A stretch of 64,000 nucleotides of DNA from Bacteroidales bacterium (GTDB lineage: Bacteria; Bacteroidota; Bacteroidia; Bacteroidales; UBA12077), in contig JANQHE010000056.1 in NCBI GenBank assembly GCA_028282785.1, forward strand, positions 23,012-87,011, written 5' to 3'. Both the position numbers and the translations under genes were made by a program. Numbering within the stretch: position 1 is the stretch's first letter; the number at the start of each line of letters is the position of its first letter. The notes beneath the pieces were generated by a model, which saw only the letters and a program-made list of their open reading frames with translations, did no database searches and had not been told where the DNA came from. This document shows, piece after piece, positions 18,388 to 30,300 of this stretch.

Positions 18388-19809
18388 ATGATTAAAAAAA
18401 CAAAGATAGTTGCTACCATATCGGATAAAACTTGTACCCCGGATTTTATTAAATCTCTTTATGATGAAGGAATGGATGTGGTAAGAATGAATACAGCCCA
18501 CCAGTCGAAGGAAGGTGCTATGAAAGTTATAAATGATGTGCGCACTGTTTCGGAGAAAATTGCATTATTAATTGATACCAAAGGCCCCGAGGTTAGGACC
18601 GTAAAAACGGATTTTGTTATCGATTTAAAAAAGGGGCAGCAAATACAAATAAAAGGCGATCCCACCAAAGAATCAACTAATGAATGTATTTATGTTTCTT
18701 ATACTGATTTTGTTAAAGATGTTCCGGATAAAACATGTATTTTGATTGATGATGGGTATATTGAATTAAAAGTAGTTCAGAAAAACGATGATTCGTTACT
18801 TTGTGAAGCTCAAAATGATGGAGTAGTGAAAGGAAAGAAAAGTGTTAATGTTCCGAATGTAGCATTTAATTTACCTTGTATTAGCGGTCGTGATAAAGAA
18901 TTTATTCAATTAGCTATTGAACAGGATTTGGATTTTATTGCACACTCATTTGTTCGAAGTAAAGAAGATGTTTTAGAAGTTCAAAAACTTCTGGATGAAC
19001 AGAACTCCCAAATAAAAATCATAGCTAAAATAGAGAATCAGCAAGGAATTGATAACATTGATGAGATTCTGGACCATGCTTATGGAGTTATGGTAGCCAG
19101 AGGAGATTTGGCTGTTGAAATACCATATGAAAAAATTCCTGGTTTGCAGCGATACTTAATTGATAAATGTATCGGGAAAAGAAAACCGGTCATCATAGCC
19201 ACTCAAATGCTCCACTCAATGATTGATAATCCTCGTCCAACCCGGGCAGAGGTAAATGATGTAGCTAGCGCTGTATATCGAAATACTGATGCAATAATGC
19301 TCAGTGGTGAAACTGCTTATGGAGATTACCCGGTAGAATCTGTTAGAACCATGGCACGTGTTGCTAATGAAGTTGAAAATAGTAAAGAACCATTTAATGA
19401 TATCCCATCCGTGGTTATAAACAACCCAATTTCTGCATATTTGTGTAAAGCAGCTGTGAAAGGTGCTATACGGCTTGATGCAAAAGCTATTATTGCAGAT
19501 TCGACATCAGGAAGAACTTTAAGGAGCTTAGCTGTTTACAGAGGGTCTAAACCTGTTTTTGCCCAGTGTTATTCAAAGCGAACCATGAGAGAGATGGCTT
19601 TAAGCTATGGGGTAATTGCCAATTACATGGATCCTAAAGAAACCTCGCACGAATTTCTATCAGAAGCTTTAACAAACCTTATTGAGAATTACACCTTTAC
19701 AAAGGATGATTTATTGGTTGTGGCAGCTGGTAACTTCGGACGAAGCTATGGAGTTTCTTACACAGAGATTGGAACGTTGGAGAATTTAATGGGTAATCTT
19801 GTTAAGTAG
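18388..19809 (+). CDS. pyk: Pyruvate kinase
   Basis: TKIVATISD, MDVVRMN, IAKIENQQG, MVARGDLAVEIP and ATQMLHSM motifs. Confidence 0.95.
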   Translation: MIKKTKIVATISDKTCTPDFIKSLYDEGMDVVRMNTAHQSKEGAMKVINDVRTVSEKIALLIDTKGPEVRTVKTDFVIDLKKGQQIQIKGDPTKESTNECIYVSYTDFVKDVPDKTCILIDDGYIELKVVQKNDDSLLCEAQNDGVVKGKKSVNVPNVAFNLPCISGRDKEFIQLAIEQDLDFIAHSFVRSKEDVLEVQKLLDEQNSQIKIIAKIENQQGIDNIDEILDHAYGVMVARGDLAVEIPYEKIPGLQRYLIDKCIGKRKPVIIATQMLHSMIDNPRPTRAEVNDVASAVYRNTDAIMLSGETAYGDYPVESVRTMARVANEVENSKEPFNDIPSVVINNPISAYLCKAAVKGAIRLDAKAIIADSTSGRTLRSLAVYRGSKPVFAQCYSKRTMREMALSYGVIANYMDPKETSHEFLSEALTNLIENYTFTKDDLLVVAAGNFGRSYGVSYTEIGTLENLMGNLVK

Positions 19810-19846
19810 ATGATATAATTAGAGAATAATTTCTTATTTTTTGCTT

Positions 19847-20308
19847 ATGAAACTAAAACAAACAAATTTTTTGAGATTGATTATAATATTGCTTTTGTTT
19901 ATTATTGGGGCTTGTAAGAATACAGAGCCCGGATCAATGGATGACTTAGATTCAACTATACAACTACATTTTGAAGCTATTCAAAATAGAGATATAAATT
20001 CTCTTATTAATACCATAAGCGAAACTGATATAACCTTAATATTACCCAATGGGAAATATATAAAATCAACCGGTGAATATATAAGTGTAAACGAAGATTG
20101 GTTTGCCGACCGTAATTGGAGTATTAATTATGAAATTGTAGATAAGAAATTAAAAAATAATATAGCAATTGTTCTTTCAAAGATTAACTACTTTGACAAA
20201 AATGAGGATGGGGAAGAATATTCTTTTGAGTATTATCTCACCTTGATTTTTGAAAATATTCATGGGGAATGGAAACTTATCTTTGATCAAAATACAGGTA
20301 TTAAATAA
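19847..20308 (+). CDS. Lipoprotein with NTF2/SnoaL-like (DUF4440-like) fold
   Basis: Signal peptide plus lipobox (LFIIGAC). The start IQLHFEAIQNRDINSL and the end GEWKLIFDQN are typical of NTF2-like proteins. ATG at 19847. Confidence 0.5.
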   Translation: MKLKQTNFLRLIIILLLFIIGACKNTEPGSMDDLDSTIQLHFEAIQNRDINSLINTISETDITLILPNGKYIKSTGEYISVNEDWFADRNWSINYEIVDKKLKNNIAIVLSKINYFDKNEDGEEYSFEYYLTLIFENIHGEWKLIFDQNTGIK

Positions 20309-20460
20309 TTTAATTAATAATTATACTTGTGCTACAATAATCTTTTTTGTGATTAAAGGAAGTTTTAGAAGAGGTTGTGATTACATGAAAGTTGGTATTT
20401 TGGATAACTTAATAGGAAACTTTATAAAATAGAATTTAGGATTTAGAATTCAGTCTTAAA

Positions 20461-20889
20461 ATGAAAGATATCAAAATAAGACCTATCTCAATTAATGATT
20501 ATGAGATGGTTACATTATTGACAAACCAATTAGGTTCGAAAACTACCAACGAAATTGTTAATAAACAAATAGAGGAAATTATCATAAACCCGGATCATGA
20601 TGCTTTTGTAGCAGAAAAGGACAATATAATTATTGGTTACATTCATTGTTTTAAGGCGATCCGTTTAACAACAAAGCCCTTTATTGAAATATGCGGTTTG
20701 GTGGTTGATGAAAAAGAACGGGGCAATGGAATTGGTAAATCTCTGGTTAAATATATCGAAGAACTGTACTCCAAAGAATATGTTATTCGGGTGCGTTGTA
20801 ATTCAAAAAGAGAATTAGCGCATAAATTCTATCAAATACTTGACTATAAGTTAAAAAAGGAACAGAAGGTTTTCGAAAAGATTAGTTAA
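20461..20889 (+). CDS. GNAT family N-acetyltransferase
   Basis: VVDEKERGNGIGKSLV acetyl-CoA binding motif (R/Q-x-x-G-x-G/A); 142 aa. Confidence 0.85.
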   Translation: MKDIKIRPISINDYEMVTLLTNQLGSKTTNEIVNKQIEEIIINPDHDAFVAEKDNIIIGYIHCFKAIRLTTKPFIEICGLVVDEKERGNGIGKSLVKYIEELYSKEYVIRVRCNSKRELAHKFYQILDYKLKKEQKVFEKIS

Positions 20890-21053
20890 TGATCTGTTTT
20901 GTAATTGAATTAGCTTTTTTTAACTATTCAGGGTTAATGTACAATTTTGGAATCATACCACAGCTGGAAATGTGAAATTAATTCATTTGTTCATCACAAG
21001 ATCCAAAGAGAATAAATGTGAATATTAAAACAGAAATTTAAAATTCTATAAAA

Positions 21054-21090
21054 AAAGAAGAAGCTGAATTCTTCAAACAGCTTCTTCTTT
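21054..21090. terminator. Bidirectional rho-independent terminator between the GNAT gene and the giant protease gene
   Basis: 13-bp stem AAAGAAGAAGCTG / CAGCTTCTTCTTT (21054-21066 / 21078-21090), flanked by an A-run on the left and T-rich sequence on the right. Confidence 0.8.
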
Positions 21091-21109
21091 AATTTATTGA
21101 TTTAGAGAG

Positions 21110-21364
21110 TTATAAAACAATCATTCTTTTTGTTACAATTCTGTTGTTATCTAAAGTTATACGGTAGAAATAAATACCTGAAGGTAAATTATTCACATTA
21201 TAATCTATTGTATACTTTCCTTCTACTTTAGTTTCATTAACCAAAATATCAATAGTTTCTCCATGAATATTCATAACTTCAAGTTTAACTTTACATGCTT
21301 TATCTAAAAGATATTCAATGATTGTAACATCTTTTACGGGATTTGGATAATTGGTTAATCCCAT
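21110..21364 (-). other. T9SS type-A C-terminal sorting domain
   Basis: NYPNPVKDVTIIEY...VKLEVMNIHGETI...LPSGIYFYRI...KRMIVL. Confidence 0.85.
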
Positions 21365-24300
21365 TGATGTGATGTCAATATCATCTACTCCGGTTACGCT
21401 ATTATTGACATTGGCCGTAAATGTAGTTTCAACAACACCGGTATTTTCATCACTTACATATATAGTGATGATACTTTCGCCAAGTTCTTTTGGTGTTATT
21501 TCAAGAATGTTGTCATTTACTATAGCTTCTACAGAATTTCCATTCTTAATTACGCCAATATACCTTAGATTATCTTGATCAGGGTCACCAAAGTATTCAG
21601 ACAAATTAAGTTTTTCTGTATTATCATCTAATGTATATGTTCTGTTAGCAATTGGAGATAACATAAATGGCATACCATTTTTATTACCATATACAAATAC
21701 AATTAGTGAAATTCCGGTTACTCCGCCACGACCATCATCAGCATATAGAGTTAAGAATGTCATTCCAGATCTGGTTGGTTCTAATGTTAATTCGTTATCA
21801 GCTAAACTGACTATTACAGAAGGTACACCAGAAACCTGGAAACTATATGTAATTTCATCCCAATCAATATCTGTAAAATAGTCATCCAAATTATAGTTAA
21901 CCTCATCGCTTCCATGAATAAAGATGTATGATAAATCATTAATCAAAATTGGCGCATGATTTTCCGTATGACGAATTCTTACATTGAACGATGCAGCAGT
22001 ATATGCACCTTCAGCATCAGTCGCGGTAACCGTAATTACACCATAACCAAGATTTGTAGGTGTAATTTCAAGCATATTATCATTAATACCTACACTAAAT
22101 GCTGTATCTGAACTTGGGAATGCATCGTAAATTAATGATTCTCCATCAGGATCAGTAAAGTATTGAGTTAAATCAATTTGATCTATAGGATCGGTTACGA
22201 AATACATTTTATCATCAATATCTGTTAATAATTTCGGCGATCTGTTTACATTATTAACGATTACAGGCCATGATACAGTAATAGTTTCACCCTGGGCATC
22301 AGTAATATCCATAACATAATCGAACATTCCGGCTTGTTCGTAATCCGGTGAATATGTAACAATTGCAGTATCATGATTAACGGTAAGATCTGTAAAGCTG
22401 TATGTGCCAACTAGTTCAAAGTCGAGCGCATCACCTTCAGGATCAGTTGCTATTACCATCATATCTATGCTTTCGCCTTCATGAACAACTACGCTATCAG
22501 GAACACTGATGATTTCCGGTAACTTATTAACATACATTACTACCGGTATTTCGGTAGTAGGAGTAACAGGATCGTTAGACGAATATACCACTTTAGCATA
22601 ATGATAACCACCTATAGTGGCTGCGGCATTAGCTGTTAATATGTGATTAGCAGACTCTCCGGCTTCTAACTCACCTTCAACAGGATTAACAGTTAACCAT
22701 TTATCCGGTGATGTACTAATAGCTTCAAAAGCTCTGATTTTGTATACATAACCAGGATCTTCTGCAAGCCAGGTCGACGAGTTTACATCATACCAGTAAG
22801 AAACTCCATCAACACCTGAAACATTCCTGTTAAATGCAGCAGGGAAATTTATTGCCTGAGGATAATGTATAACAACAAAGAATACATCACCTTGAACAAA
22901 TGATTGAGGAGATTCTAACTCAATTAAACATTTTGCACCAGTATTTGCTTCAGAGTGTGTAAATGTTTGAGTAGCCAATAACGTACCTTGTTCAGGTAAA
23001 GTTCCACCTTTATAGATTTCCAAAATTACCGACTCTGTAACTCCACCGGTTTGATAGTAGTTGGTTAGATGAGTTAAGTCAAATGTTGCACTATTTACAA
23101 CAAATCTGTTAGCTGAGCTATAAGGAGCACCACCATCGTAACCGTAATAATCGTCAGGAGCACCTTCCGGATCATAAACAATGGAGTCATTAAATACAAT
23201 ATCGGATTGCTCATAATCAATATTCATATCAAAGTTACCTGAAGCAGACATAGATCTATAAACAGTTGAATTAACTACCGGTCTGTTATAAATACTTTGT
23301 ACTTCGTTTGTAAATTGGCCTGATAAAGTAACAATACTGATATCATAATCAAGCAAACTTCCACCTTCATTGCTCACAACAGAAACTTTTGTGCCAGATT
23401 CAGTTGACTTTAGGTCAAATAAAAGGGTATCCGTATCATCAATTGCAATAACAGGCGGCTCAATTGCTTCACCAAATAATAGGGTAGTAGCAACTGGTTG
23501 TAATGCATCATTACTTGCAATATTGAAGATATTGTCAAAAGATCCGACAGCTTCCGGAGTGAAAGTTAATTCAACGATCAACTCTTCTTTTGGAGCAATT
23601 TCAAATACACCTGATTTATCTGCCGTAAATATAACAGTTTCATTGGTAAACCATAACGAATCAATTAGTAATGTTTTCGAACCATCATTTTTCACGATTA
23701 GCTCTTCCGTATCGTTATTGTTTTCACCTGGAATAAAGTAAAGTTCGTTAAATAATACAGAATCTGAGCTTAAACTGATTTCTGGTGTTCCAATTATAGT
23801 TAACGTAGTAGGAATCTCAATAGAAGGGTCTGTAATGTCGTTACTTAACAATTTTAATGGTGCTTCATAAGTTCCATCATAAATATCAGTTGCATCAATT
23901 ATTAAGTTGATATTTGCTGTTAATCCAGGTTCAACACTTCCAACCGTAAATGGGCTCTTAATTAATACAGCTAATCCATCTTTTACATAAGTATTATTGA
24001 ATACAACTTGTAACGCATCTGTTCCATCTTCATTTTCTATACCAACAGTTGCTTTATCAATTCCTTCATAAGCTGTCATGTCTTTATATTGGAATTTGAT
24101 GTTACCATTAGCATAAACAATGGCCTGGAATGTTCCTACACCAGTTGACCAAAATGCAGGTACTTCATTGTACTGAATAATGATATATTCAGATGTGGAA
24201 TAAACATAAACACCATCACCATTTTGTGGTTCAATATCATCCCATAATGGAGCTATTAAATTGTTAGGTTCGGTAGTAGTTGGTATATCCTGGTTTGAAT

Positions 24301-27300
24301 AACCACCTATGGAACCTAAAGGCTCGCTAAATGTAAAGAAACCATTTGAAGCGATTTGTACTTCATTATAAGTTTCATTGTAGAATGGGAAATTAAATGG
24401 TAATGTTATCCATGTTCCATCATCGGCTCCCAAGTCAAGTTTGGTACCAATGTTCTTGATTTCAATCCAATCGTAAATTACTTCAGAACCTTCATCACTA
24501 TCAATCCAGGTATAACCAAAATTATCCGGTCCACCATTTCCGGTCTGAACTGCATTACCGGTTCTTTCATCGGGTTGTTCTTTAGAAGTAAGTTCAATTG
24601 CAGGATTATGAGTTGTAACTGATACATTACCAACATTCGTATAGTAAGGTTTAACCATAACGTAATTTAGTGTTGAACCACCACTGTTTACTATAGCTAT
24701 GTTAATCGAATCAATATCACCCGAATTCATAGTTATTTCAACAGGCGAAGGATTAGTAGTAACAGTTATTTCCGGCGGAACAAGACCAGTTCCCGAAACA
24801 AACACTTCGTACGATTGATTACCAAATTCATCGTCACTTTCAATTGTTATTGTACCAACTTCTTCTCCGATATTAATAGCTGTAAAAGTTATATAAATGT
24901 TTGTAATCGCTTTAGGAGCTATCATAATTGGATCAGAGAAATCGACAATAAATGAAGCATTATCTGAGGCGATATTACTAACCGTTAAGTTCTTACTACC
25001 TGTGTTTTCAATAGTAATTGTTTTTACTTCACTTAAAGTTTGGAATATTGGACTAAACAAAATGCTATCCGGAGAAACATTTATTTCAGGATGTCCAATA
25101 ACGTCAAGTTTGGTTGTAAAGATCTCTTCAGGTCGAACAGGGTCGTTGCTGGTTATAAGTAATTCATTGATATAACTATCTTCAAGCAGTTCTGTAGCAT
25201 CTAAATTAAGATCAATAACCTGAGTGCTACTTGGTTGAATTATTCCGGAAACAGGACTAACACTAACATCGAATGGTGTTCTACCCGGGAATATTAATAC
25301 TGCCATATTATCTTCAATATAATCCGTATTATATGCCACTTGTAAACCAATTGTACCATCCTCATTTTCAGTACCAATTGTAGCACTTGCATTATTTTCA
25401 AGTGTTATTTCTTTATAGTAATATTTTATATTACCATTAGGGAATAATACTACCTGGAATGTAATTGTACCTGCCGAAGAACTTGGGTAATTTCCTACTT
25501 CGTTATATTGTACAATAAATTTATCAGAACCTGCTTTATAAAATACCTGGCCACGTTTGCTTGATGGTCTTAAGTCATCCCAGAAAGGAGCAATATAGTT
25601 ATTAGGTTCAGTAGTGCTTGGTATTTGATCATTTGTATAATCAGTACCATCAGTACCAAATGTAATATAACCATTAGATCCAATCTTTGCTGAAGTTTTA
25701 ACTTCACCGTAAAACTTAAAACCAAATGGCAATTCAATATCTATAGATCCGTCATCACTATTTGCCAGGATTTCTGTCCCTGTTATAGATATTTCTTCCC
25801 AATTATAAACTGGCCCACCAGTTTCTCTGCTATCAATCCAACTATAACCTAACTCATCCGGACCTCCGGCGCCTAGTTGAACAGGATGACCCTGACCACC
25901 GCTATTTATTTGTTTATCGGTATTTTGGGTTATTCCTTCAATAAACGAAATATTATTCTTCTCAATATCAGGATTATTTAATAATTGGTTTGCAGCAACT
26001 TCAGGCATTGAGAACTGTAATGGATACATACCATAATTACGTATTGTAAATTGTTCATTTCGAACCTGTCCAGCATCCATTGTAACTTCAATTTCTGTTG
26101 GATCTAAAGAAATTACCGGAGGTGAAATAGCAGCTGCAGTAACCGTAATTTCTACTTCTGGATTATTTAGATCGTTACTTTTTACCGTAAGTATTGCATT
26201 GAATTGACCCAAGAAGTTAGGTGCGCATTTTGCTTTTACAAACAAAGTGTCACCCATTGCTAATACTGTAGTGTCTTCAAGATCAGTAGTAAATATTGGT
26301 TGATTTGAGATAATATCAGTAATCTGAAGGTCTCCTATTCCTGTATTGTAAATTTTAAAAGGAATTTCTTTTTCTCCATTTAAAAATACAGTTCCAAATT
26401 CAATAAATGCAGAACTTACATTAATTTCCCCAACTTGTCCTGTTACATCAAGGTTAACAGGCACAACTGTTGATAAGTTATCGTAATCATTCGAATAAAC
26501 TGTTAATGATGAACTGTATAGTCCATTTGGTAAAACTGTAGCATCAAGTTCTACGTCAACAGTTACTGATGAGTTTGCCTCAACTGTTCCAGAGGTAGGA
26601 TTAACCGTAATAAAATCTGTAGTACCACCGCCCGGGAAACCAAATGCTGTAATTTCCGCGTTTCCGGCAAATGCACCAATAAGTTCCGATGCTCCGGTTT
26701 CCGTATCTAATATACGTAACTCACCTCGGTCAGCTACGTTGTTATATGCTGCCATATAAACCAGATTGGTTAAAGGATCCCATGCCATACTTTGTGCATA
26801 ATTTGCATCAAATCCGGCCGATCCTACCAGGGTCATAGTACCCGTAGATTTATCTATTGAATAAATATTATCATCAAGGTTCAGTCCCCATAAATTACCA
26901 TCTCCATCACATGCAATTGAAATCATAATTCCAGAACCAATTGTTCCGACTAAGGTTGCAGTTCCAGATGATAGATCAATAGTGTATAAATAGGATGAAG
27001 GCTCTGCATAAAATGCACCATACATTGTACCATTATTTTTATCACAAGCTAAATCTGTGAATTTCAATGTTGGTCCAACTGCAGTTAATTCTTCTGTTTC
27101 AATGTTCAACTTCTTTAATTCAGAAGTTCCATCATCAACAATATACATGTGTTTATCATCACCTTTCGCAAAATCACCTGCATACGCTGTATAAGAAACA
27201 CTACTTGAGGTGAGATATGTTCCCGGATTATCCGTAGATAAAGAAACAAAATATTCATTAGGATATACTTCTTGGGCATAAGCTATTGATCCCGCTAATT

Positions 27301-30300
27301 TAACTACAGGAAGTGATGTGTTAACATTAGGATTAACATAAGGTGCAGCTTGTAATGATTCCGAAGCATCTCCAAGTGGATATTCTCCAATGACTGCATC
27401 AACATGGAAATCCTGTTCAACTATCGGACTTATAAAATCAAATTGTAATTCACCTTCTCCATTATTGAAGATAGTAAGAGTTTCGGTTTTAACAGGATTT
27501 ACGCTAGCATCTATTAAAGAATTTATAGTATCAGGTTCAATATTGATATTTGGTTCCGGAATACCTGTCACAGTCGCTGTTGCTTGAACTTTTTCAACAG
27601 GTGTAACAGGATCATTGCTCAAAATATAAATATTGAAATTATGGTCTCCATTTCTGGTAATATCAGTAGCATCAAATGTTACACTAATATCTTGAGCTGA
27701 TCCAACTCCAACAGTTCCTTGAGAAATATCTAAAGTAACCCCATGTAATTGAGTTTGGATTGCCCTAACGGTCCACACATAATTGCTCCATCCTGATTCG
27801 TTTTGAATATCAGCCCATTGTCCGTTTAAATACGCTAGGTAAGAGCCAGGTCTGTTACCTCCAATTACATCATCATAACCTAGTCTTAATGGTGCTGCCG
27901 GGAAATTAAATACAATCCAGAATTTATCACCGGTGCTAAATGATACAGGCATTTCAAGCGGAATATTTACATACTCAGCACCAATTATATTGTTGAACTC
28001 CTGCATCATAATTAATTCGCCTTGCAATGGATTATCACCACCGGCAATAATTGAAACACTTGTTGGGTTAGTTGCAGCTGAACCTTCAGCTTCGATATAT
28101 GCACTAATATGGGATAATATAAAATCATCTCCACCAAGATCAGGTACATCAAAAGCTGTTGCAGCTGCCCAAACAACAGGTGTTCCACCGGCAGTAACAG
28201 CAATTGAACCATCTGCTTCATCATCTCCATCATCATAATTTATTATATGTGCAATTTCATTTTCGAAGTATGATTGAATAACAGAATGGTTTTTTGTTGT
28301 TACAGAGCTTGTTAATTCAGCTAATTCCGAATAATTTGCTTCAGGTTCGATCGAAACTTCATTACCTGGATATATTAAGCTTGATTGAACTTGAGGTATA
28401 GTTTTTCCAAGGTATACAGGGAAAATGTCGTAAGATAATTCAGCTTGTCCTTGATTCTCAATTGTAAACATTCCAGTTTCAACAGGATTTACTGAAGAAT
28501 TAATCGTTACACTTGGGTCGCCTGTTATAACAATATCAGGAGCTTGATCTGTTGTAGCAGTCACAGTATTTGAAATATCAGATGTATTTCCAAAATAATC
28601 GGCTGATTTTACTGCGAAGTAATAAGTTGTTCCAACAGACAATCCTTTAACTTCGACTGATTCCATAGTACCTGCTACACTTGGTGCAGGCAACTCATAA
28701 TGTGTTGCTTGATCAAAGTTAGCAGCGGTAATTGGATTTTCCGAATATCGGAAATCATATATTGAAGCCGGATATCCATCTGGTTGATCAGCAGGAGCTG
28801 TCCAGGTAAATGTGACAGAAACAGCTGAAACATCGATAATGGTCATATCTGATATTACCAAAGGTGGTTGGCCATCGTCCTCAGCTAAAGCAGCAAAAGT
28901 GTTTAAGCGGCCAGTTCCCCAATCTTCGGCACCGGTAAAAGTTAATGGATCAGTAGAGTTTATTAAACGATCCCAGATCTGTTGTGGGGTAATATCATCA
29001 TCTTTAAATTGAGAAAGAATTAAGGCTGCTGTACCTGATACATGTGGGCAAGCCATTGATGTTCCATTATATCCACCAGTATAGTTATCATTTGGAATGG
29101 TGCTGTAAATATTCACAGCAGGAGCAGCTAAGTCGACCCATGATCCGAAATTTGAACTGGTATATTTATTATCGTTATGATCGGTTCCAGCAACAGCCAT
29201 TACAGGCTCATAGTAACCCGGATACCATAAATTATCGGAACCATTGTTGCCTGCAGCAAATATTACTAGTCCTCCAGCCATTGGACCTGTTTGAATCCCA
29301 TTTTCATTCATGCCGGCTTCAGCTATAAAATAATCAATAGCATCCAATACAGCTTGTTCATAACTATTAGGACTTGTATATCCCCAACTGTTTTGAGAAA
29401 TTATGGCTCCATGATCGGCGGCATAAATGTAAGACTCGGGAAATCCTCCATTGCTAATATTTCCAAATACAGCACAAGACATCAATCGAACCCCATCATC
29501 TGATCCTGTTCCGCCTGCAACTCCGGACATACCAATACCATTGTTGGTTTCTGCTGCTACCGTACCTCCAACATGTGTTCCGTGGCTATCTCCGTAAATT
29601 GTTCCTGTATTGTCTCCAAAATTATAGCCATAAATGTCATCAATATATCCGTTATTATCGTCATCAATGCCATTACCGGCAATTTCATTTGGATTAATCC
29701 ACATATTTCCTACAAGATCCTCATGATCTACATCAATTCCTCCGTCATGAACAGAAACTATAATTGCGGAATCTCCTGTTTGAACTACCCATGCTTCCGG
29801 TAAATCGATATCGACATCAACTGTTCCTCCGCTTTGTCCGGTATTATTATAATGCCATTGATCACCGTACTGTGGATCATTGGTGCCACCAGGAAGCGAA
29901 TTTTGAACTCCTGCTTTGTAAGAATTAAATGGTGTCCCACCTATTGTTTTTTTTAGAACTAATTCACTTAGTGAAACTTCGTTAAGAGCAAGATATTCTT
30001 TTGTAGCAAGTTCTGTATCAGAATTATTGGTTACAATTACTTCGTACCATAAATGTAATCCATATTTCTGATGTTTTTTTTCAAATTTTCCAGCATAAGG
30101 GAAAACTCTTTTCATATTTGAAACACTATACTTTTCGTTTAATTTATCAATTGATGCAATGCCTGTGTGAATAACTCCAGTTGGGCTTTTTTGCATTTTC
30201 ATAGTGTTAATAGTAGCTTCCATATTTGTATCAAATTTAATTCTGAAGATCCCTTTGTGATAGTGATCTTGTGCGTTCAGAATTAAAGCTGAGGCTAATA

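Noticed and set aside
20250-20432. 60-aa plus-strand ORF overlapping the end of the NTF2-like lipoprotein gene
   Set aside because: It overlaps a better gene in another frame and extends into AT-rich intergenic DNA, with no motifs.
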